From Brevinema sp. (GTDB taxonomy: Bacteria; Spirochaetota; Brevinematia; Brevinematales; Brevinemataceae): a stretch of DNA of 64,000 nucleotides. The DNA lies in assembly GCA_051647245.1 (NCBI GenBank), contig JBOFDS010000011.1:47945-111944 (forward strand), read 5' to 3'. A program made the translations under genes and the position numbers. This document shows positions 27,787-38,459 of the stretch, piece after piece (position 1 is the first letter of the stretch; every line of letters starts with the position of its first letter). The notes under the pieces were generated by a model. It ran no database searches. It had not been told where the DNA came from and saw only the letters and a program-made list of their open reading frames with translations.

Positions 27787-29151
27787 TTAATAGATTTTTT
27801 GAAGCATCTCTTCTTTACGTTTGAGTTTGTTTATTTCATAAAACATGATAACAGCTACAAGCACGGACGACAAAACATCTGTAACAGGAAAAGATGCCCA
27901 GACACCAAATTCATTATAAAATTTGGGAAGAATAGCCATCGAAAGAGCCATCACCGCAGGTCTGAAAATAGACAAACAGAAAGCTTCTGTTTTATGCCCC
28001 ATCGCAATTAAGGCCCCTGTCGAAAATATCTGAAATCCATACAAGAAAAATGTCAAACCAACTACCCGTGTTCCGACAGTGAGATAGTTGATAATGATGG
28101 GATCATCTGTGAACAAGTAAAACATTGGAACGGGGGCAATGATAAAGATAATCGATGGGATAATACCAATAATTGTGGCTAAGGTGTAGCCTTTTGTGAT
28201 AATATTTTTGACTTTGATAAAGCGATTTGCGCCATAGTTGTAACCAATCAAGGTTTGTGTTCCTAAATTGGAACCGAAAATTGGTTGATAGGCAAGGTGT
28301 AGAAACCTATTCAAAATACCAAACGCAGCAACAGCAGCAGCTCCAAACGGCGCTAAGGCTCTATTTGCGATAACATTCATCAAGGTAAAGGTCATCATTC
28401 GGATAAAATTGAGTATTCCTATGCTAAAAATTTCTTTTACGACAGGGACACTAAAATAATGCATTTGTGTGAGTTTGATTTTGTATTCTGAAGAAACTTT
28501 GACAAAAGCCAAGTACAGCACCACGACTTGAGAGATAATAGTTGCATAAGCAGCACCCTTTACTTCCCAACCAAAAACAATGATAAAAAGCGCATCAAGA
28601 ATAATATTCAAACCAGCCCCAAGTAAACTAAGATTCATAAGAATCTTAACCGCGCCCTTGGAACGAAGCGCTGTCAATAGAACACCATTAAGAGGAAGAA
28701 CAAATCCAAACCAGAGCAAAACCTCTGCATAATCACGAGAATAAGCAAGCACATCTTCGGAAGATCCCATATAGCGAAGAATAGGATCCAATTCCATCAA
28801 CATCATCAAAGAAAGTGCAGTCAAACTAACAACACTAATAACAATACTCGTGATTAGTGTTTGTTTAACCTTGTCAAAATTCTTCGCACCAAGTGCACGT
28901 GACAAAACAGAGGAAGTACCCACAGCAAACATACTACCCATAGAAAGAAGCAACATGTGAATTACGCCATTCACCGCAAGAGCCGCAAGTGCTAGATGCC
29001 CAACAAATCGACCCACAAAAATTGAATCGATCATACTATATAATGCTTCCACGAAACCAGTCACCATCATTGGCAAAGAAATTTTGACAATAGACGAAGA
29101 AATATCATCGCTTTCTAAAAGAGAAATCGATTTATCTTCTTGGTCAAACAT
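27787..29151 (-). CDS. MATE-family efflux transporter (paralogue of the preceding gene)
   Basis: Same motifs (ISLPMMVTGFVEALYSMIDSIFVG). Start at 29151 is preceded by GAGGG; the listed 29193 start is less likely. Confidence 0.85.
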   Translation of the reverse strand: MFDQEDKSISLLESDDISSSIVKISLPMMVTGFVEALYSMIDSIFVGRFVGHLALAALAVNGVIHMLLLSMGSMFAVGTSSVLSRALGAKNFDKVKQTLITSIVISVVSLTALSLMMLMELDPILRYMGSSEDVLAYSRDYAEVLLWFGFVLPLNGVLLTALRSKGAVKILMNLSLLGAGLNIILDALFIIVFGWEVKGAAYATIISQVVVLYLAFVKVSSEYKIKLTQMHYFSVPVVKEIFSIGILNFIRMMTFTLMNVIANRALAPFGAAAVAAFGILNRFLHLAYQPIFGSNLGTQTLIGYNYGANRFIKVKNIITKGYTLATIIGIIPSIIFIIAPVPMFYLFTDDPIIINYLTVGTRVVGLTFFLYGFQIFSTGALIAMGHKTEAFCLSIFRPAVMALSMAILPKFYNEFGVWASFPVTDVLSSVLVAVIMFYEINKLKRKEEMLQKIY

Positions 29152-29259
29152 AACACCCTCTTTATTCCATAAAATTTTATTAATAAAACACACAGTAAGG
29201 GCAGAAATTTATCTGCCCTTTTTTGTGGTTAATTGTGATTGGATATACAACTCACTTTG

Positions 29260-29991
29260 TTATTTACTTAACGTATAAACTTTCGCACTAGCAAAATTAG
29301 CCCAGACAGAATCTTTGATTTTGAGGACTTTTTGATAATATGAAACCGCTTCAGCTGAGTTGTTTTTGATTTCATAGTTTCTTGCGATAGCAATCAACAA
29401 GTAATCATTCATATAATTTTCATTATCTTTTTTCAAAGCAGATTTAAATAATTCAATAGCTTCATCATGTTGACCTTTTTGTTCAAAACGTGTTCCTTGA
29501 GCAAGATCAATCAATGCATCCCAAAATTTAGGATGCTTCTTTTGAACACGATCCAAATAAGAAGAAAAGCGCATACGTGTCGCCAATTCCTGATCATCAA
29601 GCAAGGCCATCATATAAGGAACATCGATAACAGATAGGTAAAGTGCCGCTGCTCTCGCTGCAGAAATAGTACCACTATAATCAGTGATCAAAATATCCAC
29701 ACTCTGCATTCCTTCTTTAAACAAAGTCTTGATTTGAGCAGTTGTAGGATCTGTCGCTAAAAATGTATAATTATTTTGCTTCTGAATTTCACCCGCAATG
29801 AATGCAACTTTCTGCCAAGCTTCATCATAAATATCAGCTGCAGCAGCGGATTTGTCCATATTTCTTTGGTAGATGATTCCAGCAAATAAAGATAAGACTA
29901 CTATTCCACCCAAAACAGCAAGAACATAGGTTCTTTTGTTCATAAGAAATTTCATGATTTGATCAAGACCAAGTTTCATTTTGTTCTCCAA
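29260..29991 (-). CDS. membrane-anchored TPR-like protein
   Basis: Single N-terminal TM helix followed by helical repeats ending in a TPR-like segment (GQHDEAIELFKSALKKD...AEAVSYYQKVLKI). Confidence 0.45.
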   Translation of the reverse strand: MENKMKLGLDQIMKFLMNKRTYVLAVLGGIVVLSLFAGIIYQRNMDKSAAAADIYDEAWQKVAFIAGEIQKQNNYTFLATDPTTAQIKTLFKEGMQSVDILITDYSGTISAARAAALYLSVIDVPYMMALLDDQELATRMRFSSYLDRVQKKHPKFWDALIDLAQGTRFEQKGQHDEAIELFKSALKKDNENYMNDYLLIAIARNYEIKNNSAEAVSYYQKVLKIKDSVWANFASAKVYTLSK

Positions 29992-30010
29992 AATATACTA
30001 TAGAGTATGT

Positions 30011-31675
30011 TTATTTATTTTTAAGGATATCACCGAACAAAGCACCTAATTTTGGGGCTTCGTTTTGAGTTTGACCGAGGTATTTTTCGAGTTCTTGTTT
30101 TTCTTCATTTTTTGTAAGATCTCTGATACTCAATTCAATAACTTGATCAAGAAGATTTATTTTACGGACGGAAGCTTGAAGCTCATCGCCTACTTTACAC
30201 ACATCTTTAGGTTCATTAACACGCTCATTTGATAACTGTGAAACATGGATAAAAGCCTTCAAAGACCCCTCAACTTCAACAAACACACGATCTTTCACGA
30301 TTTCTGTTACCTTTACAGATGTTACAGAACCAATAGGGTGATTTTGTGCAAAATTTTGATAAGGGTTGTCAGCAAGTTGTTTGATACCGAGGCGAAGCTT
30401 TTCATTTTGAGCATCGACATGTAATACTGTCGCTGTCACCACATCACCTTTTTTGAATTTTGCAGGAAGATCGACATTTCTGTCATTCCAGTCAATATCT
30501 TCTTTTCTAATCAAACCTTCTAAACCATTTTCAAATTGAATAAAGATTCCAAAATCAACAATAGAAGAAACTTTCCCTTCTTGTTTACTGCCAATTGCAA
30601 AAACAGTGTTAGCATCAGACCATGGATTTTGAAGTAAATCTCTCAAAGAAACCACGATTCTTTTTCTTTCGATATCCATATCTTTAATTTTCACATCGAT
30701 ACGATCGCCGATATTCATGATCGTTTTAGGATCGTGTACTCTTGAAGTCCAACTCATCTCAGAAAGAGGTAAGAGTAGTTCTACACCATTTTGATCCTCA
30801 ACAATAGCAAGTCCCTTCGCAAAACGAACAACTTTAGCAGGAATATTTTCCCCAATTTTTCTACTATCAAAGAAAATATTAACAGGATTGGAGATGGTAG
30901 CTTTACGGGAAACGCGAACAGATTTTTTACTAGGATCGATACTTAAAATTTGCACATTGAAAGTATCGCCCTTTTTGAGGAGATCTTTCAAAGATTTCAC
31001 AAACTTCCAATCATATTCCGTAATAGGCATAAAACAAACAATCTGGTCAGCTTTCACAAGTGCAAAATTATCATTAGCCATTTCGACCGTAGCAAGTAAA
31101 ATATCACCTTCTTTATGTTGCTCAGCAAATGTTGTAAAGTGTTCTTCTTGAGCTTTTTCTCTAATCACACGCTCAGAAACCACAATACGATTTCCTTCAT
31201 GTTTGATAACACAAACAGTCACAACAGAACCAATAAGTGCTGCAGGATCAGCACCAGCTTGAATTTGAGAGAGAGGCAAGAAAGCTTCTACACCATCAAT
31301 AGATACCGTAAAACCAACTTGTTGACCCTCTCTATTAGTTACTAGTTTTTCAATTTTTGCAGAAACTGGAGTTTTATCAATAGATGATTGGTACAGATTT
31401 TCTTGAGCTTGATAAAAACGAGCTTTCTTTTGAGAACCATGAGGAATTCCATCTTTTGTGCCAATAGAAGCCACAAGAACTTTATCACCCACATTAAGAG
31501 TATTATTAGATTCAGAGAATAACATCATCCATTCAGATTTATCTCCAACGGATAAAAAATATTCCGTTTCGCCTTTACTGACGATTACGCCTTCTACTAA
31601 GTTTTGTTGACCCATGTCGCTAGGAACGGTGTCTCCTTGCATCGCACTTAAGAACAATTCATCATATGTACTCAT
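30011..31675 (-). CDS. rpsA: 30S ribosomal protein S1
   Basis: Six tandem S1/OB repeats (e.g. GSKQEGKVSSIVDFGIFIQFENGLEGLI). 554 aa. Confidence 0.9.
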   Translation of the reverse strand: MSTYDELFLSAMQGDTVPSDMGQQNLVEGVIVSKGETEYFLSVGDKSEWMMLFSESNNTLNVGDKVLVASIGTKDGIPHGSQKKARFYQAQENLYQSSIDKTPVSAKIEKLVTNREGQQVGFTVSIDGVEAFLPLSQIQAGADPAALIGSVVTVCVIKHEGNRIVVSERVIREKAQEEHFTTFAEQHKEGDILLATVEMANDNFALVKADQIVCFMPITEYDWKFVKSLKDLLKKGDTFNVQILSIDPSKKSVRVSRKATISNPVNIFFDSRKIGENIPAKVVRFAKGLAIVEDQNGVELLLPLSEMSWTSRVHDPKTIMNIGDRIDVKIKDMDIERKRIVVSLRDLLQNPWSDANTVFAIGSKQEGKVSSIVDFGIFIQFENGLEGLIRKEDIDWNDRNVDLPAKFKKGDVVTATVLHVDAQNEKLRLGIKQLADNPYQNFAQNHPIGSVTSVKVTEIVKDRVFVEVEGSLKAFIHVSQLSNERVNEPKDVCKVGDELQASVRKINLLDQVIELSIRDLTKNEEKQELEKYLGQTQNEAPKLGALFGDILKNK

Positions 31676-31800
31676 GTCCAGTTTCTCCTACAAATTCTTC
31701 ACAAAAAAGAAAATCTCTTTTGAATTATATTATGACTAAAATATCATAAAATAGCAAGTAAATTCACATTTTTTTCCCGAAATTACAAGCCACACAGCTA

Positions 31801-32442
31801 TTATCTTAAAGAAATCTTATCAATCTCAAATGAGCTCGCAGCCTGAGCACCTTCATAGCTGATAGTTCGAATTTTTTTTGGGATATACACATTTTCAAAC
31901 TTCACCCAAGTAATATCCGCTGCAAAATTCTTCTTTCGATCTTCAACAAAAATCACTCTATCTACTAAGCCGAGCGCACCAACACGCATTTGATAGACCG
32001 TTTGGACATCACCTCTTTGGTAAGAAACATAATAACTCACAACATTATTCTTTTCGACTTTTTGGATCTTAAATCGATCTTGAAGTCTTTCATAACCAAG
32101 TGTCGCCAATAAAGGCAATAACATCATATTAATGTAAGAAGCATGCTGAGACAAAGCTCTTTCGTAAAAAGTTTCATTATCCTTGACTAAAAACTCGACT
32201 CCGGAATTGGCGTGATATTTCACTTCAACACGATAATCGCCTTTAATTTTATCACCAAGAAGCTTCTTAGCATCTGCGTGATTGAGTTCGGCAGAGAAAG
32301 ATTTTGCGGCAAGCCCCCCAAGATGCAAATCACGAAGATTTTGGAATTCTTGAAAGACAGGGTCTGCGTTTGCAGAATTAGTGGTCTCTTGAGAGAAGGT
32401 GCTCACTTGAACAAGTAATAGTAAAAAAATTTGGATAATCAT
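31801..32442 (-). CDS. hypothetical secreted protein
   Basis: Signal peptide MIIQIFLLLLVQVSTFSQ. No motif recognised. Confidence 0.4.
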   Translation of the reverse strand: MIIQIFLLLLVQVSTFSQETTNSANADPVFQEFQNLRDLHLGGLAAKSFSAELNHADAKKLLGDKIKGDYRVEVKYHANSGVEFLVKDNETFYERALSQHASYINMMLLPLLATLGYERLQDRFKIQKVEKNNVVSYYVSYQRGDVQTVYQMRVGALGLVDRVIFVEDRKKNFAADITWVKFENVYIPKKIRTISYEGAQAASSFEIDKISLR

Positions 32443-32451
32443 ATATGATCC

Positions 32452-34539
32452 TTAAATATCAAAAAATAACGATTTTAAAAACTGTGCGATAGGAGAGAAT
32501 CTTGACCATTCGATTGTTTTATCGACAAAATTCTCACCATCGGCTTTTTGGTTATTTGGGTCTCTATTTTGATTGATAGATTCTTTTGAGCTAAGAACAT
32601 TGGTCAAACGAAGAACTTTTAGACCATCAGCACCATAGGAAGCAAGAACCTCCCTTCTCAAACCACCACCAATAAAATATGCAATATCTTGTTTTTCGTA
32701 AGATTCCGATTCGATTGTCAGTGTTTCGTCACGATTCATACGGATTCCTAAAACGCCGTTGACACCATCAGCAACCCATAAAACATTTTCATAAGGGAAA
32801 ACAGAAAACGCCTCTCCAACAAGTGCTACACGTGCGACTTGTTCACCGATTTTATTATTGCGATTTCGGCGGTACACAACAAGCCCATCCAAATTATCTA
32901 CCACAACATAGTAACGCTTACGATACACATCAAAAGGAATAATCATCGAAATTTCTGAAAATGCCTTTTTATAAGAAGAAACAAGCTTATCGGACAACCT
33001 ATCAATAACATAAAAACCATCTTGTCCGGCAGCAAGGTAAGCGTAATATTCATCAGCAACCATAGCACGAAGATTGTTCATTACGACATTTGTTTTTACG
33101 ATTTTAAATTCGGTTTTGATTTGGTATTTTGGTAAAGATCTTAGAATTTGAGCCAATAATTCATCATCTAAAATATCAATAATCTGATAATATTTTTTTT
33201 GTTGAAACAATACAAAAATCTCTTGAAGATTTACACCAGCAGCATCAAAAACAGGAATCAATTCGGTTAATAAATTAGCTTGCTGGAGCGCTGATTGGAA
33301 GAATAATTCTAATTCCTCAGGAGTAAATGCATAAAGAGAATTTTTAATTCTATCTGTTTGATCGCTAAAGAATCGACGACCTGTTGCTTGGATTGTTCGT
33401 TCGATTTCAGCTTGAGCATTTCCAATCAAACTACGATTAGTAAAAGCAAAATAATTAAGATCATGCAGCTCATCGGTCTTAAATTCTTCTCCTTGAAGGA
33501 TTCTCATATTTGAGAGGTAGGATTCTTCATAAATAGTCTGCGCTTGTTCAAATGACTTCACAGGTTTGGCGGAGGTTTTACTTGAGCTACGACCAGTCAA
33601 CAAACCTGCTACCCCACTAAGACCATTTTGTTGAGAAAGAAATTGGGAAACCATCGCATCACTAAGATTCGGAGCACTACTATTAGAGGAAAAATAATTT
33701 TTAGACAAATTCAAAACATTACTCAATGCCGTCTTATCCGTTAATCTTACAAGATTTTGGAGTTGACGTTGATTTTGAGGGGATAGAAATGGAATATTAG
33801 TGATAAATTTATTGAAGGTGCTCTCGTCATTAATCGCTAAAGAAATCAATGCATCAAAGTTTGTGATCTGAGAGATATTTGTAACCCGAGAAAGCGCTGG
33901 AGGATCTAAAATAGTAAAAAGACTAGGAAGATAGGTAGACTCCATTCTGGAAATCATGTCGACAAGACCAGCAATACGTGGATATTGAAAGAAATCATTG
34001 GACAAAAAGCTCATCTCATAGGTTAATAAACCAATATTTTCATCGGCAACAAGAATTTGATATTTTCCTTCAGGATTAAAGCTCGTTACTGTATTACGAA
34101 TACGAAAATTATCCTCTACAACTAAAGAACCCACAGGTCTTGTATCATTCTCAGAAATTTCAGCCACACCAACACCGCCACCTTGCACCGTATCAAAAGA
34201 AAAAATAAGATTGGTCATGAGCTCTGTTTCTAGAATTTCTACCGTGCGAACAAAAATCTGTTCAAGATCTTCAGAAAAGAGATTTGTCAAAGAAAGCGCT
34301 GGAACCGTTTCCATGTTATCACCAACGATACGATAAACAAGGATACCACCAGAACCAGCAGCAGTATAGATCAAATCATCCCGTCTCACGAAAGATCGGA
34401 TTTCCTCAGATGCAGGTGTTCTGGCTTCGGATACGGTGAGCAAAGGATACGCAACAGTATCATCAAAGCTTAGTTTTCCGCAAGACACAAAAAAGCACAT
34501 CATCGTGAGTAGAGTTAAGGACAAATAATTTTTAGACAC
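32452..34539 (-). CDS. large lipoprotein with LVIVD-like beta-propeller repeats
   Basis: Lipobox FFVSCG. Recurrent AxxxxG(L/V)x(V/I)(Y/I)(R/D) blades (YTAAGSGGILVYRI, ILVADENIGLLTYEM, YLAAGQDGFYVIDRL, VVVDNLDGLVVYRR, LWVADGVNGVLGIRM, SYGADGLKVLRL). Confidence 0.5.
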   Translation of the reverse strand: MSKNYLSLTLLTMMCFFVSCGKLSFDDTVAYPLLTVSEARTPASEEIRSFVRRDDLIYTAAGSGGILVYRIVGDNMETVPALSLTNLFSEDLEQIFVRTVEILETELMTNLIFSFDTVQGGGVGVAEISENDTRPVGSLVVEDNFRIRNTVTSFNPEGKYQILVADENIGLLTYEMSFLSNDFFQYPRIAGLVDMISRMESTYLPSLFTILDPPALSRVTNISQITNFDALISLAINDESTFNKFITNIPFLSPQNQRQLQNLVRLTDKTALSNVLNLSKNYFSSNSSAPNLSDAMVSQFLSQQNGLSGVAGLLTGRSSSKTSAKPVKSFEQAQTIYEESYLSNMRILQGEEFKTDELHDLNYFAFTNRSLIGNAQAEIERTIQATGRRFFSDQTDRIKNSLYAFTPEELELFFQSALQQANLLTELIPVFDAAGVNLQEIFVLFQQKKYYQIIDILDDELLAQILRSLPKYQIKTEFKIVKTNVVMNNLRAMVADEYYAYLAAGQDGFYVIDRLSDKLVSSYKKAFSEISMIIPFDVYRKRYYVVVDNLDGLVVYRRNRNNKIGEQVARVALVGEAFSVFPYENVLWVADGVNGVLGIRMNRDETLTIESESYEKQDIAYFIGGGLRREVLASYGADGLKVLRLTNVLSSKESINQNRDPNNQKADGENFVDKTIEWSRFSPIAQFLKSLFFDI

Positions 34540-34713
34540 AATTCCCCATTTTTTATATGATAAGTATTATTATAAAGAAGAACGCTTAAAATTTCAACTT
34601 CATGACTTATTTGAGTGAAAAAATTTTACTTTGTCTACTTTAAAAATACTTGCAAAAAGATCAAAATTATTAGATACTTAAATATGATCGTCAAGCATTA
34701 TCAGGAGTTTTTC

Positions 34714-36423
34714 ATGAGAATTTTTATCCTACTTTTTCTCTTACAAATGCCAATTTTTGGGATTACACCCAAAACAAGAATTGAAGTAAATCCACCCTTC
34801 ATCGGCACCAATGAAACCGCAGAGATCATTGTAACAGCGATTGATGAAGAGTTTCTCGAGCCACCTCAGCCATCCTTACAATCTCCTGATTTTGACATTG
34901 CGTATTTGAATAGTTCTGTGGTGAATCGGATGACTATCATCAATGGTCGAGCTAATAGAGAAAAACTGTTTCATTATGTCTACCAACTTGTTCCCAAAAA
35001 TACTGGTAAATTTGTGGTACCTGCCTTTGTTGGTCTAACAAGAAATAAAAAAGAAGTTTACACAGACTCGGCAGAAATTGAAATCAAAGCCGTAGACTTC
35101 CTTCAAGCTGCAAACCAAAACTCCAGTTTTGGAGGACTTTTTTCTATTTTTCAAAACGTTCCACGAGAAGTCTTTTTATTTTGGAAACTTTCTACAAATC
35201 AAACTGCTCAAAATTCCGGTATTATTGCTGATTTGTACATTTATTCAGATGTCCCTCAGTTCTTAAAACAAACCCATTACCTTAAAGAGGTTCAACGAGC
35301 TGCATACGATGGTGGGGTACTTCACGAACTACCAGTCAATGAAGACGAGAAAAAAATCGATTCAGGATATTTTGGTTCTCGGATTTTTTATGGGCAACTT
35401 CAAAAAAGATTCGCTGTATACCCATTAAAAACAGGAACAACATCACTTCGTGCTCCTGTTATGATTATGGAGCAACAACTGGGGAGTGCTTATATTCAAG
35501 GAGAAGCTGCAGAAATTAGATCCCGCTCCCTTACCTCAAACCCATCATATGTTGGTGATACCTTATCTGTGGAGATTTCTTTATCTTCAAATAAAATCAC
35601 ATCGAGTGGTGAAGGGCAGTTGAATTTGGTCTTAAAAGGCGATGGACACACAGATTTTTTCACAAATCCTTTTCGTAACCTCAAGATTGATGGATTGTTT
35701 ATTTCTGAACCTTCATCAAAGCTTGAAATTAGCTTAGATGAAACTAAAAACATTATCATGACGAAAACTTTCACCTACACGATCATTCCAAATCGCTCTG
35801 ATCATTTTAAGATTCCGTCTGTGGAATTTTCATACATTAAAAAAAATAAAGGTAAAGGTAAAGTCAAAACGCCTGAAATTGAGTTTGAAGGGATTCTCCA
35901 CAATACAAAAATAAAATCTAACACTCCTGAAGACCTTAAAAAACAAGAATCTGTGAAGCATTATTATTACTATTCTTCTGGTTTATGGATGATGGTTTTT
36001 GCTATCTTACTTGGATTTGGGATGCTTGCCTATTCATGGTGGCAGGTGCAATTCAAAAAACGTATGCAGACAGATCAAAAATTTGCCCGTGCTAATCAGG
36101 CGAATTCTAAAATGTCCGAGCTCATCAGAGAAAGCCACGAAGCCTTTGACAAAAAAAATTACAAAGACGCTGCAAGACTTCTTCGTCATAGTTTGATATC
36201 TTATTGTATTGATAAATTTGGTTTGGAACAAAACGTCAACCCAGAAGATATCGCTTATGTACTTGCGCAAAAACACGGAGAGTTTCCTTCTAAAGAATTT
36301 ATTAGTCTCTTGAAAGCTCTGGAATTTCATGCTTTTGCATCGGCTCCAACGAAATCCGAAATGCAAAAATACCTAGAGCAAGGCAACCATTTCCTTAACA
36401 TTATCACTGATAAGAAAAAATAA
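34714..36423 (+). CDS. BatD-like (aerotolerance-operon type) membrane protein
   Basis: Signal peptide, then the BatD-like N-terminal block (IEVNPPFIGTNETAEIIVTA...YVYQLVPKNTGKFVVPAF), a late TM helix and a C-terminal helical tail. AGGAG RBS before the ATG at 34714. Confidence 0.55.
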   Translation: MRIFILLFLLQMPIFGITPKTRIEVNPPFIGTNETAEIIVTAIDEEFLEPPQPSLQSPDFDIAYLNSSVVNRMTIINGRANREKLFHYVYQLVPKNTGKFVVPAFVGLTRNKKEVYTDSAEIEIKAVDFLQAANQNSSFGGLFSIFQNVPREVFLFWKLSTNQTAQNSGIIADLYIYSDVPQFLKQTHYLKEVQRAAYDGGVLHELPVNEDEKKIDSGYFGSRIFYGQLQKRFAVYPLKTGTTSLRAPVMIMEQQLGSAYIQGEAAEIRSRSLTSNPSYVGDTLSVEISLSSNKITSSGEGQLNLVLKGDGHTDFFTNPFRNLKIDGLFISEPSSKLEISLDETKNIIMTKTFTYTIIPNRSDHFKIPSVEFSYIKKNKGKGKVKTPEIEFEGILHNTKIKSNTPEDLKKQESVKHYYYYSSGLWMMVFAILLGFGMLAYSWWQVQFKKRMQTDQKFARANQANSKMSELIRESHEAFDKKNYKDAARLLRHSLISYCIDKFGLEQNVNPEDIAYVLAQKHGEFPSKEFISLLKALEFHAFASAPTKSEMQKYLEQGNHFLNIITDKKK

Positions 36424-36453
36424 AAAACCTCCCGAATTATGGGAGGTTTTTTT
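36422..36453. terminator. bidirectional terminator, copy 1 of a 29-nt identical element
   Basis: aaaaaaCCTCCCgaattatGGGAGGttttttt between convergent batD-like and fruA. Confidence 0.65.
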
Positions 36454-36473
36454 GATTATAATAGTAAGAAAGA

Positions 36474-38342
36474 TTAGGCAGATTTTTTCTTTTCTGCAGA
36501 TAAAAGTGCAACAAGGGTCATCGCTGTGATCACTGTTCCTACAGCGACTGCTATGATAAATCCAACCTTGTTATCAACAACAGGAAGAACGATAGGGCCT
36601 CCATGAGGAGCATAATCAGCAACTTTCATCGCTCCGGCGATCATCCCTGCAACGATACCACCCGCCATCAAAGATGGAATCACACGGAAAGGGTTGGCAA
36701 CAGCAAAAGGAATAGCACCCTCTGTAATACCTATCATTCCCATGAGAAGAGCGGCATTACCAGCTTCGCGTTCTTGCTCATCAAATAAAGATGGACGAAG
36801 TTTTGTCGCTAACCACATTCCTAAAGGTGGTGTACACACCGTAACAGCCACCATACCCATTACTTCAGGCACACCTGATTGGATCATAGAAACCCCAAAA
36901 AGGAAAGCCACTTTATTAACAGGGCCACCCATATCAAAAGTGATCATTGCACCGATCAAGGCACCTAGGATGATAGCACTAGAACTCATATTTTGAAGGA
37001 ACATGGTCAACGCATCCATGAATCCTTTGATAGGAGCACCAATGATAAATAAGACCGTAGCAGTGAGCGCTGTTCCGACTAAAGGAATGATAAAAATAGG
37101 AAGAATAGCTTTCAAAGCAGTTGGGAGTTGGATTTTGCCGAGTTGTTTTGCAATATACCCTGCAACAAAACCTGCAACAATACCACCTAAGAACCCTGTA
37201 CCCAATTGAGCAGCAAGAGCACCACCAACAAATCCAGGGATCAAACCAGGTCTATCCGCAATACTTTGAGAAATAAATCCTGCTAAAATTGGGATCATCA
37301 GACCAAAAGCCAAACCACCAATTTGTTCCATTTTTTGGAGGAGAGGATTGGTAATTTCAATACCTGTACCAGACTTCACGCCTGACATTGCAATCGCTAA
37401 CGCAATATAGACCCCACCCACAACCACGACAGGAATAATGGCACTAACACCGGCCATGAGATATTGATAGAAAGGAGTTTTCTTGGCTTGAGATTTTTCA
37501 GCACCAGGAACACTAGCACCTGAGTGAGCAACTTCGCCTTTGCCATCTAAGATCTGCTGAATCAGCTCTTCAGATTTGTCGAGTGCGGCAGAGACACGTG
37601 TATCAATAATTTTTTTACCACTAAAACGAGTGAGATCGATCTTCACATCACACGCAAGAATAATACCACGAGCATGTTTGATTTCTTCAGCAGTAAGAGC
37701 ATTTTCTACACCTATAGAACCGTTGGTTTCTACTTTGATGGATACTCCGAGTTTTTCAGCCGCTTTGCGTAATTTTTCTGCAGCGACATAAGTGTGAGCG
37801 ACACCAACAGGACACGCTGTAACCGCTAAAATTTCTGGGAGCTCAGAAGAAGCATTTTGAGTAGATTTTTTTACTCCTGTAAGTAAAGAAAGAAAATCGG
37901 AAGGATCTTTCGATTTTGACAAATTTGTCAAAAACCCATCTTCTAAAAATACTGTAGAGATCATACTTAGTAATTTGATATGGTCGTCTGGAGCATTTTT
38001 AGGAATTGCCAAAAGAAAAGCGATTTTAATAGGCTCGCCACCGGATTGATTTGCCCAAGTGTTTTTAAGGGTAGTCGCAAAGATTGTCGTTTTTGTAATG
38101 GTGTCACTTTTTGCATGAGGAATGGCAACACCTTCTTCCAAGTCTGTGCCAGCTTTTTCTCTCTCTAACACATCTTGAATAAACTTTGTTTTGTTGGTAC
38201 AGATGCCTTGTTGAGTGAGTTTTTCGGCAGCCTGCTCAATGAAAGTTTTTTTGTCCTTACAGTCATACTGTATCTCGATATTATCGAGCGATAATACTTT
38301 TTTAATTTCTTCGAAACTCATCCGAGCCCCCATTTGGATCAT
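36474..38342 (-). CDS. fruA: PTS fructose-family transporter, fused IIA-IIB-IIC
   Basis: IIA(Fru/Mtl type) GVAIPHAKS, IIB AVTACPVGVAHTYVAAEKL, then a glycine-rich polytopic IIC. The true start may be the Met at 38321. Confidence 0.88.
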   Translation of the reverse strand: MIQMGARMSFEEIKKVLSLDNIEIQYDCKDKKTFIEQAAEKLTQQGICTNKTKFIQDVLEREKAGTDLEEGVAIPHAKSDTITKTTIFATTLKNTWANQSGGEPIKIAFLLAIPKNAPDDHIKLLSMISTVFLEDGFLTNLSKSKDPSDFLSLLTGVKKSTQNASSELPEILAVTACPVGVAHTYVAAEKLRKAAEKLGVSIKVETNGSIGVENALTAEEIKHARGIILACDVKIDLTRFSGKKIIDTRVSAALDKSEELIQQILDGKGEVAHSGASVPGAEKSQAKKTPFYQYLMAGVSAIIPVVVVGGVYIALAIAMSGVKSGTGIEITNPLLQKMEQIGGLAFGLMIPILAGFISQSIADRPGLIPGFVGGALAAQLGTGFLGGIVAGFVAGYIAKQLGKIQLPTALKAILPIFIIPLVGTALTATVLFIIGAPIKGFMDALTMFLQNMSSSAIILGALIGAMITFDMGGPVNKVAFLFGVSMIQSGVPEVMGMVAVTVCTPPLGMWLATKLRPSLFDEQEREAGNAALLMGMIGITEGAIPFAVANPFRVIPSLMAGGIVAGMIAGAMKVADYAPHGGPIVLPVVDNKVGFIIAVAVGTVITAMTLVALLSAEKKKSA

Positions 38343-38459
38343 TTTGGATATTAATTATACTAACTATTCTTTAGTATAAAAGAAATTAAAAAACTGTCAA
38401 TAAGGGATTATTTTATAAAAAAGAGCCCATTAAATTATTATATAATAAAAGAATCAATC

